Virus record (IMG/VR): IMGVR_UViG_3300037466_001520
Source: a virus
Lineage: Duplodnaviria; Heunggongvirae; Uroviricota; Caudoviricetes
Reading direction: 5' to 3' (one strand)
Length of the DNA: 64,000 bases
Part shown: positions 9,684-17,659 of the stretch, in pieces
Layout: each line of letters starts with the position of its first letter
Numbering within the stretch: position 1 is the first letter of the stretch
Program-made: the position numbers and the translations under genes
The notes under the pieces: model-generated
The model's database searches: none
What the model was told of the DNA's origin: nothing
The model's input: the letters and a program-made list of their open reading frames with translations, nothing else

Positions 9684-9702
9684 CTCGGGAGTGATCCCGT
9701 AT

Positions 9703-9773
9703 TCCCCGTTGGTGTAACGGCAGCACGACTAGCTCTGACCTAGTCGGACGAGGTTCGAATCCTCGATGGGGAG
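9703..9773 (+). tRNA. tRNA-Gln (CTG)
   Basis: Acceptor TCCCCGT/ATGGGGA; anticodon stem-loop ACTAG-CTCTGAC-CTAGT; T-loop TTCGAAT. Confidence 0.7.
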
Positions 9774-9899
9774 CAATGCCGAGGAATGGAGTGCGCACTC
9801 CAAGTCCTCCCGTCCGGGGAAGTCCTAGGAACCTTCTCTAGACGGCGCGTGAGTGGAACCACCGCCAGTATGTCGAAGTCTGGGGGCGCGGCATTTTAA

Positions 9900-9973
9900 T
9901 GGAGAGTAGCTCAGCAGGTTAGAGCGCCGTCCTGATAAGACGGAGGTCGCGGGTTCGAGTCCCGCCTTTCCAA
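9900..9973 (+). tRNA. tRNA-Ile (GAT)
   Basis: D-arm GCTCAGCAGGTTAGAGC; anticodon stem-loop CCGTC-CTGATAA-GACGG; T-arm GCGGG-TTCGAGT-CCCGC. Confidence 0.7.
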
Positions 9974-9977
9974 CTCT

Positions 9978-10049
9978 GGCTCGGTCTGTGTTGGTACGGA
10001 GCCCGGATTTTCACTCCGGGTGACGCGGGTTCGATTCCCGTCCGAGCTG
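9978..10049 (+). tRNA. tRNA-Glu (TTC)
   Basis: Acceptor GGCTCGG/CCGAGCT; anticodon stem-loop CCGGA-TTTTCAC-TCCGG; T-loop TTCGATT. Confidence 0.6.
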
Positions 10050-10072
10050 CGCAAGAAGCAACTAGGAGAACA

Positions 10073-10351
10073 ATGTCGGATCAGACGGTCATCGACCTCT
10101 ACATCAACGATCTCGCGTCCACGACGCACCAACTCTATCAGGAGAAGGGCCTCAACGCAGATCTGACCAAGGAGAACGCAGACCTCAAGTCGGCGGTCGA
10201 GAGCTTGACGCAGAACAACACTGACCTCAAGTTCGAGATCACCACGCTCCAGCAGAAGTACAACGACCTCAAAAGCGGAGCTGGCGACACTCCTATCGAG
10301 GGACAGGTTGTCCAGCCTGCCACGCCGCCTACTCCGTCATCTCACTTCTAG
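10073..10351 (+). CDS. hypothetical coiled-coil protein
   Basis: 92-aa ORF with RBS AGGAG; terminator hairpin CCCCGCAAGGGG downstream. Confidence 0.5.
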   Translation: MSDQTVIDLYINDLASTTHQLYQEKGLNADLTKENADLKSAVESLTQNNTDLKFEITTLQQKYNDLKSGAGDTPIEGQVVQPATPPTPSSHF

Positions 10352-10361
10352 CAACTAGCCC

Positions 10362-10380
10362 CGCAAGGGGTCTTGTCCCT
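10362..10380 (+). terminator. hairpin CCCCGCAAGGGG followed by TCTTGT
   Basis: After ORF 10073-10351. Confidence 0.4.
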
Positions 10381-10451
10381 ATCGTATAGTCGGTTAGTAC
10401 GCCACCCTCTCAAGGTGGTAGCCGGGGTTCGAGTCCCCGTAGGGATACTGA
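10379..10451 (+). tRNA. tRNA-Glu (CTC)
   Basis: Anticodon stem-loop CCACC-CTCTCAA-GGTGG; T-arm CGGGG-TTCGAGT-CCCCG; acceptor GTCCCTA/TAGGGAT. Confidence 0.7.
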
Positions 10452-10519
10452 GCAGGCCCGTCACGCACTAACCATGCTAGGCAGTCGGAGTGGTTATCCG
10501 GCTAGCGGGAAGCTCATTT

Positions 10520-10605
10520 GGCTAGTAACCCTGCCCGGTGGTAGGCCACGCTTGGAAAGCGTGTGGCAGGCGAAGGTCTGTGAGGTTCGATTCCTCTGCT
10601 AGCCG
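10520..10605 (+). tRNA. tRNA-Ser (GGA), class II
   Basis: Anticodon stem-loop CACGC-TTGGAAA-GCGTG; long variable arm; T-loop TTCGATT; acceptor GGCTAGT/GCTAGCC. Confidence 0.7.
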
Positions 10606-10610
10606 CTTTT

Positions 10611-10696
10611 GGATAGTGACCCCTCCCGGTGGCGGGCCTCGTCTTGAAAACGAGTGGCGGGTGAAAGTCCGTTCGGTTCGACACCGACGCTATCCG
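10611..10696 (+). tRNA. tRNA-Ser (TGA), class II
   Basis: Anticodon stem-loop CTCGT-CTTGAAA-ACGAG; long variable arm; acceptor GGATAGT/GCTATCC. Confidence 0.7.
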
Positions 10697-10749
10697 CAGG
10701 GCCGGTGCATGTTGATCCGAGTGCAGCCGGAGCCGAAGTCCGGCAGGCC

Positions 10750-10835
10750 ACCGGGCAATCGGATTTATGGAAGTTGTTCTCGTCAGGTGACGAGCGCCGT
10801 TTCGAAAGCGGCTGATACTCGAAAGGGTATGGGGT
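10750..10835 (+). tRNA. tRNA-Ser (CGA), class II
   Basis: D-arm CTCG-TCAGGTGA-CGAG; anticodon stem-loop GCCGT-TTCGAAA-GCGGC; long variable arm; T-loop TTCGATA; acceptor pairing imperfect. Confidence 0.55.
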
Positions 10836-10901
10836 TCGATACCTCCTGCTTCCGCGTTAGGCCTCAGGGCTCGCCGAAAGGACCCCTGAGGTCGAATGAT
10901 T

Positions 10902-10969
10902 GGACGGGGCGCTGGGCGCAGTCGAGTCTTACACACTCTTCGCGCAGGGTTCGATCCCCTGACCGTCCA
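10902..10969 (+). tRNA. tRNA-Val (TAC), atypical (short D-loop, mismatches)
   Basis: T-arm CAGGG-TTCGATC-CCCTG; anticodon loop CTTACAC; acceptor GGACGGG/ACCGTCC with 7:66 mismatch. Confidence 0.45.
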
Positions 10970-10970
10970 C

Positions 10971-11044
10971 GGCTGCGTGGCGGAAGTGGTATACGCGCCC
11001 ATTTCAAAAATGGGATGCTGTGGGTTCGAGTCCCACCGTGGCTA
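10971..11044 (+). tRNA. tRNA-like gene, anticodon CAA with a short (type I) variable arm; identity uncertain
   Basis: Anticodon stem-loop CCCAT-TTCAAAA-ATGGG; T-arm GTGGG-TTCGAGT-CCCAC; acceptor with three G-U pairs; a CAA anticodon normally implies a class II tRNA-Leu. Confidence 0.4.
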
Positions 11045-11102
11045 CAATTGGTCCAATTCTGAACGGTAAACTTGTAATACCGTTTCAGAAAAAGGATCCC
11101 CC

Positions 11103-11789
11103 ATGGAACCACGCCTACTTAACTGGTCCCCTCGTCACGATCACCGATCCAAGAACTTCGCAATCGCGGACATCGTCCCATCGGACGTCCGGAAGAATGT
11201 TCTCTGGGGCACAGGCCCCATCCTCGATCAGGGCAAGGAAGGCGCTTGTGTCGGCTTCGGCTGGACAGCACAGCTCCTCTCCACTCCGGAGCCCGTCAAC
11301 CTCGCTCTCACGGCAGCAGCGGTCCCTCACGACCCCACACAGTTCGCCCTGAGCCTCTACCACACCGCCCAGACGCTCGACGACCAGCCCGGGGAGAACT
11401 ACTCCGGAACCTCGGTCCTCGCAGGAGCCAAGGCCGTCACCAACCTCGGATTCCTCAAAGAGTATCACTGGGCGTTCAACGTCGACGACGTCATCAACGC
11501 GCTCATCCACGTCGGCCCTGTCGTCCTTGGAATCGAGTGGCACGAGGGCATGTATGAGGCCCCTGCCGGTCAGCTCACGGTCTCCGGGCCTGTCGTCGGA
11601 GGCCACTGCATCACCGCTGTCGGCTACCGAGATGCGGCATCGTCGATCTCGGGCAAGGAGGCCATCATCCTCCAGAACTCGTGGGGACGTGACTGGGGAA
11701 TGGGCGGACTCGGCCAGATCACCAAGGACGATCTCGCCTCGCTCCTCGCCAACGGAGGAGAGGCCTGCGTCCCGACAAAGCGCGGCTAG
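11103..11789 (+). CDS. papain-like (C1) cysteine peptidase
   Basis: QGKEGACVGFGW resembles the QGxCGSCW Cys motif and GGHCITAVGY the His motif; 228 aa. Confidence 0.6.
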   Translation: MEPRLLNWSPRHDHRSKNFAIADIVPSDVRKNVLWGTGPILDQGKEGACVGFGWTAQLLSTPEPVNLALTAAAVPHDPTQFALSLYHTAQTLDDQPGENYSGTSVLAGAKAVTNLGFLKEYHWAFNVDDVINALIHVGPVVLGIEWHEGMYEAPAGQLTVSGPVVGGHCITAVGYRDAASSISGKEAIILQNSWGRDWGMGGLGQITKDDLASLLANGGEACVPTKRG

Positions 11790-11827
11790 ACTCATTCAAC
11801 ACTGTATGCTATAATCAATAGCATACC

Positions 11828-11853
11828 GCCTAGAGGGCTCAGCCCCTAGGTTT
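11828..11853 (+). terminator. intrinsic terminator CCTAGAGGGCTCAGCCCCTAGG-TTTTG
   Basis: After the protease gene; its U-tract abuts tRNA-Arg. Confidence 0.55.
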
Positions 11854-11926
11854 TGCCTCTATAGCTCAGCGGATAGAGCGCTTCGCTACGAACGAAGAGG
11901 TCGGGGGTTCGAATCCCTCTGGAGGC
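11854..11926 (+). tRNA. tRNA-Arg (ACG)
   Basis: D-arm GCTCAGCGGATAGAGC; anticodon stem-loop CTTCG-CTACGAA-CGAAG; T-loop TTCGAAT. Confidence 0.75.
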
Positions 11927-11955
11927 ACGCAAGACGCAACGAAGGAAATGACGCA

Positions 11956-12111
11956 TGGAACAGCAGGTAATCGAGGCCGTCAGGGAAGCTGTCCGCCAGA
12001 TCAAGTGGAACCTCCCGGATGGCAAGGTACGCTCGAACGCCTACTCCGCAGCCCTCGAAGCTCTGCTCTGGGTCACCAAGGGCAGGGAAGTCGAGCAGTC
12101 AATCGACTAAC
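11956..12111 (+). CDS. small hypothetical protein (51 aa), not in ORF track
   Basis: ATG after AAGGAAA RBS; very strong GC3 bias (MEQQVIEAVREAVRQIKW...); ends just before tRNA-Ser(GCT). Confidence 0.4.
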
Positions 12112-12116
12112 ACATG

Positions 12117-12201
12117 GAGCCGTGGCCGAGTGGTCGATGGCAGCACTTTGCTAAAGTGTAGGGCGTCACAGCCCCGCAGGTTCGAATCCTGTCGGCTCCG
12201 C
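12117..12201 (+). tRNA. tRNA-Ser (GCT), class II
   Basis: Anticodon stem-loop GCACT-TTGCTAA-AGTGT; long variable arm; T-arm GCAGG-TTCGAAT-CCTGT; acceptor GGAGCCG/CGGCTCC. Confidence 0.75.
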
Positions 12202-12209
12202 AGATTACA

Positions 12210-12473
12210 ATGGATACCGTGATGCAACCCGAGATCTTTGAGGTACAGCTCGTCGACAAGAGCCAGATGGCCTCGCAACTCACCGAGGCTTCCTCCGAAT
12301 ACTGGACCGAACAACTCTGCGGATCCTTCGGCAGCGGAGTCCTCAAGTTCGCCACCGGAGGCTACCTCCACGAGGCCGAGGTAGGAGACTGGCTGGTCTT
12401 CTTCGGAGGCAAGGAAGTCTTCGTGATGCCAGACCGCCAGTTCCGCAGACTCTACATCGGAGAGACGCAGTGA
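12210..12473 (+). CDS. hypothetical protein
   Basis: 87-aa ORF, GC3-rich. Confidence 0.5.
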   Translation: MDTVMQPEIFEVQLVDKSQMASQLTEASSEYWTEQLCGSFGSGVLKFATGGYLHEAEVGDWLVFFGGKEVFVMPDRQFRRLYIGETQ

Positions 12474-12600
12474 AGAAGACGCATTTCAGGATCCGAGGGT
12501 TCTACTGTAAGCGCGCGGTCCCTCACGAGGGGCCGTGCCCAATGGAGATGACTCTGTTGGAGAAGATCAAGTACCGACTCAAGACAGGACACTGGCACGC

Positions 12601-12990
12601 ATGACTGGTCCGAAGATCCCCGAGATCGATCAGAAGTTCCGCGACCGCTACACCACGCCGCATTGCGACTCCTCGGTCCTTCACGCTCCCGGAGTCTGTC
12701 AGTACTGCGACAAGTACCCGGACTGGCAGTACTACCGCTCCCTCGCCAACATCGCCTTCACGGGGGCTGAGAACGAGCTTGGCGGAGAGCACACGGCACC
12801 TTGCCCTTCGACGCACTTCCGCAAGCCGGAGGCGAGAGACCAGTGGCCCGGGAACACCACCACTGGGTACACTTTGCCGCCTCTCTACGATCCTTGGGTG
12901 GACGTGGTCGCCGGTCCGGGCTACGACAGGTGGTACAGTTTCAAGAAACGGTTTGCAAAGTTCTTCGGAGTTGACAAGGGCTCGAAGTAG
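12601..12990 (+). CDS. hypothetical Cys-containing protein
   Basis: The ORF track starts it at 12535; ATG 12601 overlaps the stop of a 20-codon uORF (GCATGA). Confidence 0.5.
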   Translation: MTGPKIPEIDQKFRDRYTTPHCDSSVLHAPGVCQYCDKYPDWQYYRSLANIAFTGAENELGGEHTAPCPSTHFRKPEARDQWPGNTTTGYTLPPLYDPWVDVVAGPGYDRWYSFKKRFAKFFGVDKGSK

Positions 12991-12998
12991 TGTATAAT
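12971..12998 (+). promoter_or_regulatory. consensus promoter TTGACA-N16-TATAAT upstream of the tRNA-Leu/Arg/Lys/Val cluster
   Basis: Perfect -35 and -10 hexamers. Confidence 0.6.
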
Positions 12999-13009
12999 TG
13001 AATCTGTAA

Positions 13010-13092
13010 GTCAGGGTGGCGGAATGGTAGACGCGCTACGTTGAGGACGTAGTGGGCGAAAGCTCGTGTGGGTTCGACTCCCATCCTTGATA
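13010..13092 (+). tRNA. tRNA-Leu (GAG), class II
   Basis: D-arm GCGGAATGGTAGACGCG; anticodon stem-loop CTACG-TTGAGGA-CGTAG; long variable arm; T-loop TTCGACT. Confidence 0.7.
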
Positions 13093-13109
13093 CGCAGTAA
13101 ATTTAATAT

Positions 13110-13192
13110 GGGTCCGTGGCGGAACGGCGAGACGCGCTGGTCTTAGGAACCAGTACTTTGATACACTGTGGGTTCGAATCCCACCGGGCCTA
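13110..13192 (+). tRNA. tRNA-Leu (TAG), class II
   Basis: Anticodon stem-loop CTGGT-CTTAGGA-ACCAG; long variable arm; T-arm GTGGG-TTCGAAT-CCCAC. Confidence 0.7.
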
Positions 13193-13193
13193 C

Positions 13194-13266
13194 GCTTTCA
13201 TAGCTCAGCGGATAGAGCAACTGCCTTCTAAGCAGGAGGTCGGGGGTTCGAATCCCTCTGGGAGCA
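13194..13266 (+). tRNA. tRNA-Arg (TCT)
   Basis: D-arm GCTCAGCGGATAGAGC; anticodon stem-loop ACTGC-CTTCTAA-GCAGG; T-loop TTCGAAT. Confidence 0.7.
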
Positions 13267-13282
13267 CGTTACAACTAAACAA

Positions 13283-13363
13283 GCCGGTATCCTAGTGGTC
13301 TAGGGGCGAGTCTGTAAAACTCGTGTCATTGCGACAATGTGGGATCGTAACCCTCTGCCGGTA
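13283..13363 (+). pseudogene. tRNA-Tyr(GTA)-like element with non-pairing acceptor ends and atypical T-loop (ATCGTAA); probable pseudo-tRNA
   Basis: D-arm CTAG-TGGT-CTAG; anticodon stem-loop CGAGT-CTGTAAA-ACTCG; long variable arm; both ends carry the direct repeat GCCGGTA instead of complementary strands. Confidence 0.35.
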
Positions 13364-13446
13364 CGCATCGGAGAGAGCGCGGCGCGCTTTCCGAACAGGG
13401 CTTCGGCTCCGAAATACCGAGATAACACAGCTCGGACGCCGCATTT

Positions 13447-13518
13447 GTCTCTATGGTCCAAAGGCTACGACTTCTGACTCTTACTCAGAAAATCAGGGTT
13501 CGAATCCCTGTGGGGACA
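13447..13518 (+). tRNA. tRNA-Lys (CTT)
   Basis: Anticodon stem-loop TCTGA-CTCTTAC-TCAGA; T-arm CAGGG-TTCGAAT-CCCTG; acceptor GTCTCTA/TGGGGAC (two G-U pairs). Confidence 0.65.
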
Positions 13519-13634
13519 CGCTGCAAGAATACAGGTTCCGGAGCCTAGTTTCGCCAAATAGGCACCCGCTGGTTAGAGTGATGCGAAGCGGCGTGCGGAT
13601 GATTCCAGTATGAAGCACGTATCTTGCGGCATTT

Positions 13635-13709
13635 GCACTTGTAGCTCAGTGGTAGAGCGCTAGTATGACTCACTAGTGGTCGGGGGTTCGAATCCCTCCG
13701 AGTGCACCA
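13635..13709 (+). tRNA. tRNA-Val (GAC), CCA encoded
   Basis: D-arm GCTCAGTGGTAGAGC; anticodon stem-loop CTAGT-ATGACTC-ACTAG; T-loop TTCGAAT; 3' ACCA. Confidence 0.75.
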
Positions 13710-13712
13710 TTT

Positions 13713-13784
13713 GCCTCCGTGGTCCAATGGCTACGACTTCCGGCTTTTACCCGGAAAATCAGAGTTCGAATCTCTGCGGGGGCA
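13713..13784 (+). tRNA. tRNA-Lys (TTT)
   Basis: Anticodon stem-loop TCCGG-CTTTTAC-CCGGA; T-arm CAGAG-TTCGAAT-CTCTG; acceptor GCCTCCG/CGGGGGC. Confidence 0.7.
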
Positions 13785-13786
13785 CG

Positions 13787-13812
13787 GAACCGGACATTCT
13801 GTCCGGTTTTTC
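13787..13812 (+). terminator. intrinsic terminator CCGGACA-ttc-TGTCCGG-TTTTTCT
   Basis: Ends the tRNA cluster. Confidence 0.6.
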
Positions 13813-13826
13813 TGCATATAGGGGGT

Positions 13827-14035
13827 GTCCGATGCCTAAGTCCCGATCCGAACTCATCAACCTCGCCTACGAGTCGACGAAACGGCGACTCGTCAAGGAC
13901 GGCACGGACCCCATGATCGCCTCCTTGCAGGCAAAGATCCACGTTGCAAAACTGTATAATCTGAATAGCTTCCTCGACGTGAACACCCACATCAACGCGG
14001 CCCGTCGAGCAGGACGGTCGACGGACAAGGCTTAG
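13827..14035 (+). CDS. hypothetical protein (69 aa)
   Basis: ATG after RBS AGGGGG; follows terminator 13787-13812. Confidence 0.5.
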
Positions 14036-14137
14036 GACGGTGACCGAGATCACTCAGGTGGGAGGCCTCTGGCCGCTTTGACCACGGAGTTTTGTCGGAA
14101 CAGACGTGTGGGACGCGAGTGGTCGAACCTGCGAAAC

Positions 14138-14165
14138 CCCTGCTCAGCAGGGGCTTTTGCATGTC
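14138..14165 (+). terminator. intrinsic terminator CCCCTGCT-cagc-AGGGGC-TTTTG
   Basis: Upstream of the endolysin promoter motif. Confidence 0.55.
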
Positions 14166-14253
14166 CAAGGTATTTTCCTCAAACAGTTTGAAACATTTGC
14201 CCCTGCCTGCCCAACTAGACTTGAAGGTGTATATCTCTAGTTTGAGGTGAGCT

Positions 14254-16326
14254 TTGAGCACCAACCAGTACCAAGAGGCGTGGATCGCGTCAGCGCCGGG
14301 TCGCAAGGTCGACCGTGACAACGACGCCTCCTTCGACTGCGTCGACGTCCCCAAGGACTACGCGATCAACATCTGGGCTAACACCACTTGGAAGGACGCT
14401 TGGCCGGGAGCAGGCAACGCCTGTGACATGATCAACACCTACAACCCCGAGTACTTCGACCGAATCGACAACGATCCGAACAACCCAGCTCAGATCCCAG
14501 AGCGCGGCGACGTCATCGTCTACGGGGGCGCACCTATCAATCCAGCCGGTCACATCGCGGTCGTCCTCGACGCCGACCAGAACGGCGTGGATGTCGTCCA
14601 AGAGGACTCCTTCATGCAGTGCCCGATGTATGTCGGACGCCTCGGATACACCAACGCCGGAACCGGCGAGTGCACCGGATGGCTGCGCCCCAAGTTCGAC
14701 GCCACCGAGCAGCCCGTCGTCACGACAGCCGGGAACATCACCTTCTCCCAGCGCGTCGTCGGCCAGTACGGCGTCACCGAGCGCGATGCCCCGTCCGCAC
14801 ACGGCAATGCACTTCGCACCTTCGACCCGGGGACCCCTCTCGACTTCAAGGGATACGTTCACGGGGATGCTGCTAACGGCACGGACATCTGGTTCGTCGG
14901 CGCGTACGCAGGGAACTACTTCTCCGCGTCGGCCTTCGACGACTCCTCGGTTGCCGGTCTCTCGGACATCACGCCAGCGCCAACCCCGGCTCCGGCTCTC
15001 CAGCCGTACCAGCGCGTCGTCGGCGTCGACTCGGCGATCTACCGTGACGCCTCGAACACCTCTGGGAACGTCCTCGCCACCTTCAAGAAGGGCGACACGC
15101 TCAACTTCAAGGGCTACGTGCACGGCCAGAACGTCAACGGGACCGACATCTGGTTCGTCGGATCGTACTCGAACGGCTACATCTCTGCCTCCAACTTCGA
15201 CGACTCGTCCACCAATGGCCTCTCCGACCTGACACCTCCCGCCCCGGCTCCTGTCCCCGCTCCCGCACCGGCCCCAGCAGCTTCGGCCACACGCACCGTG
15301 GGAAGCCAGCTCAACGTCCGTGATGCGCCCTACCTCAACGGAAACCTCGTCACCACCGAGCCAGCCGGGACTGTCGTCACCGTCAAGGGCTACGTCCCGA
15401 ACGGCGACTCCGTCAACGGCAACGCGGTCTGGTTCAACATCGACAAGGGCTGGATCTGGTCCGGAGGCGTCGACTCCCAGTCGACCGCAGGCCTCATCCT
15501 CCTGCCGACCCAAGCACGTCCGTCCGCACCGCAGTATTCGGGTCTGAACGGCATCGACATCTCCGGAGCCCAGAAGGGCATCGACCTCACCAAGATCTCG
15601 CTTGACTTCGTGATCGTCAAGGCGACCGAGGGCGTCGGCTGGTCCGACCCGGAGTTCCAGAACAACCTAGGGACCGCGCGGAAGACCGGTAAGCCGGTAG
15701 GCTTCTACCACTTCGCCCGTCCGCTCGCTCAGGCCGGGAACACCGCTCAGGCCGAGGCTGACAGCTTCGTCTCCGTCGTCAAGCCGATCCTCCAGCCCGG
15801 AGACTTCGTCGCGCTAGACTGGGAGGCTGAGAACACCAGCAACGTCGCTTGGGCGAAGGAGTGGCTCGACCGGGTCTCCGCAGCTCTGGGAGTGAAGCCG
15901 CTCTTCTACTCCTACCTGAACGTCCTGTCGGCGAACGACTTCTCGTCGATCTCCTCGGACTACGGGCTCTGGTACGCGCAGTACCCGACCGCAGCGACCC
16001 AGCAGGGCTACGGCCCGGTCGCAGCGCACGCAGCGGTTCCGGGCAACTGGAAGATCGTGGTTTGGCAATACAGTTCAGCGGGTATCCTGCCCGGTTGGAC
16101 AGAAAAGCTAGATCTTGATATCTTGTTTGGTAACGAGGCTGACCTCGCGGCGATTGGATACAAGGCTCCGGCCCCAAGTCCGCAGCCCGCACCGGCCCCG
16201 ACCACGACAACTGACCCGGCTCCGGCTCCGTCCGGGACAGGGACAGGCCCCGACAAGGCCACCATCGTGAGCGTCCTGTCGAGCTTCTTCAAGTGGCTCA
16301 CAGACCTCTTCGTGGCGTCGAGGTAA
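14254..16326 (+). CDS. modular endolysin: N-terminal Cys/His peptidase, three SH3b-like repeats, C-terminal GH25 muramidase
   Basis: TTG start after GAGGTGA; GH25 signature GIDISGAQKGIDL...VIVKATEG; three ~80-aa tandem repeats (QRVVG...FKGYVHG...DIWFVG). Confidence 0.8.
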   Translation: MSTNQYQEAWIASAPGRKVDRDNDASFDCVDVPKDYAINIWANTTWKDAWPGAGNACDMINTYNPEYFDRIDNDPNNPAQIPERGDVIVYGGAPINPAGHIAVVLDADQNGVDVVQEDSFMQCPMYVGRLGYTNAGTGECTGWLRPKFDATEQPVVTTAGNITFSQRVVGQYGVTERDAPSAHGNALRTFDPGTPLDFKGYVHGDAANGTDIWFVGAYAGNYFSASAFDDSSVAGLSDITPAPTPAPALQPYQRVVGVDSAIYRDASNTSGNVLATFKKGDTLNFKGYVHGQNVNGTDIWFVGSYSNGYISASNFDDSSTNGLSDLTPPAPAPVPAPAPAPAASATRTVGSQLNVRDAPYLNGNLVTTEPAGTVVTVKGYVPNGDSVNGNAVWFNIDKGWIWSGGVDSQSTAGLILLPTQARPSAPQYSGLNGIDISGAQKGIDLTKISLDFVIVKATEGVGWSDPEFQNNLGTARKTGKPVGFYHFARPLAQAGNTAQAEADSFVSVVKPILQPGDFVALDWEAENTSNVAWAKEWLDRVSAALGVKPLFYSYLNVLSANDFSSISSDYGLWYAQYPTAATQQGYGPVAAHAAVPGNWKIVVWQYSSAGILPGWTEKLDLDILFGNEADLAAIGYKAPAPSPQPAPAPTTTTDPAPAPSGTGTGPDKATIVSVLSSFFKWLTDLFVASR
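14743..15500 (+). repeat. three tandem ~240-bp coding repeats (SH3b-like cell-wall-binding modules) inside the endolysin gene
   Basis: Repeated protein blocks QRVVGQYGV...FKGYVHG...DIWFVG...DDSS..GLSD, each followed by a PAP linker. Confidence 0.6.
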
Positions 16327-16423
16327 GGATTCACGGCGGGCGCGGATTCGACAGATTCGCGCCCGCTGTCTATCCTTGACGGATTGCCGGAGGGTCCGGC
16401 TCCGACCCAACGTAAGGCAGATT

Positions 16424-17146
16424 ATGACGGTAAAAGAAAATGTAACTACGTTTGGGGCTGCGGCTGGAATCTTCCTCTCCATGCTCAACGTCCCCGCCAC
16501 CATCGACACACCAGCCAAGCCGGTAACTCCTCCGGTGTCCATTGAGCAGGCCACGCCGATCTCTGCTCCGACCAACGCCGTTGTCCAGTTCGAGACAGCG
16601 TCGATCTCTTCGACCCCCGCTCCAGTAGCTCCGGTGGCCGAGCCTCAGTCCGACGAAACGACGACCCCTGAGTCTGCGCCCATCGAATCTCCCGTAGTCA
16701 AGCCCGTGGCTCCGGTTGCTAAGAAGACGACCCCGACGATTGTTCCCGCTGCTGCGACAGCAAACGTGCCCGCAACCACGCAGGCTCCGGCAGCTCCGGT
16801 CATCGGCTCGGTCTCTGGGCTAGGTTCGAGGATCGCCTCGGCAGCGCTCGCGCAGCTCGGCGTCGATCAGGACTGCACGATGCTCGTCACCAACTCGCTC
16901 GCGGCAGTGGGGATCCACTTCCACGGCTGGCCCGCAGGCTACCTCTCGCTCGGTCGCACCGTCCCGGCGTCTCAAGCCCAGCCCGGAGACCTCGTGTACT
17001 ACCAGAACGGCGGGATGGGCCTCGCGCACATCGCGGTCTACATCGGCAATGGTCAGGCCGTGCACGGAGGCTGGAACGGATTCACCACGGCGATTGCCTC
17101 GGTAAACATCGGATCAGGGCCAGTCTTCATCCGAGTTGGCGGATAA
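16424..17146 (+). CDS. NlpC/P60-family peptidase with N-terminal TM/signal anchor and Pro/Ala-rich linker
   Basis: C-terminal Cys...His...His pattern (DCTMLV ... AHIAVYIGNGQAVHGG); alternative start 16376. Confidence 0.65.
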   Translation: MTVKENVTTFGAAAGIFLSMLNVPATIDTPAKPVTPPVSIEQATPISAPTNAVVQFETASISSTPAPVAPVAEPQSDETTTPESAPIESPVVKPVAPVAKKTTPTIVPAAATANVPATTQAPAAPVIGSVSGLGSRIASAALAQLGVDQDCTMLVTNSLAAVGIHFHGWPAGYLSLGRTVPASQAQPGDLVYYQNGGMGLAHIAVYIGNGQAVHGGWNGFTTAIASVNIGSGPVFIRVGG

Positions 17147-17164
17147 GGCTACACTTGGTATAAT
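17136..17164 (+). promoter_or_regulatory. promoter TTGGCG-N17-TGgTATAAT (extended -10) followed by a structured leader
   Basis: Perfect extended -10; 10-bp perfect hairpin at 17185-17214. Confidence 0.55.
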
Positions 17165-17287
17165 AGATCGGTAGTTGATTTACCGGAGGGGCTCTGTTGG
17201 CGCGGAGCCCCTCCACCTTGGCAGTAGGACAGGGTCCAACCAGCTCTCATAAGGCCGGTCGCCGGGATCGTTACCCGGTTCTGCTAC

Positions 17288-17641
17288 GTGCTTATCCTAG
17301 AACCAGTCATGGACACGGACGATGACCCGCTCCTCTTCCTCGCGCTGGACTTCGATCTGGAAGATCTGAAAGTCCCCTGCTTCCAAGCGGAAGCCCACGA
17401 CGATCCGTCGAACGAGATTCACACCGGACCGTCCCACGCAGAGTACTACGTCCGCTTCGAGTGTCAGCACTGTGACACTGGAGGCCACGTTGTGCCTGCC
17501 TGCTCATCGTGGACCCTCTTCCTGACCGAGCTGATGCTCGACCGGCAGTACGGATGGCCCCACGACCCCGGGTGCCAAGGATTCAACCCATACGCGGACT
17601 CGATCACCATCGAGCCGATGAGCCCGAACTCCCATCTGTAA
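17288..17641 (+). CDS. hypothetical Cys/His-rich protein
   Basis: 117-aa ORF (alternative start ATG 17309); follows a structured leader. Confidence 0.45.
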   Translation: MLILEPVMDTDDDPLLFLALDFDLEDLKVPCFQAEAHDDPSNEIHTGPSHAEYYVRFECQHCDTGGHVVPACSSWTLFLTELMLDRQYGWPHDPGCQGFNPYADSITIEPMSPNSHL

Positions 17642-17659
17642 ACTGTATATCGTAGGAAA

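Noticed and set aside
13323-13613. 96-aa plus-strand ORF
   Set aside because: Runs straight through the Tyr-like and Lys tRNA genes; no coding bias.
17147-17300. Looked for a tmRNA (tag ORF plus tRNA-like 3' end)
   Set aside because: No tRNA-Ala-like acceptor/T-arm pair with an internal tag reading frame found anywhere in the window.
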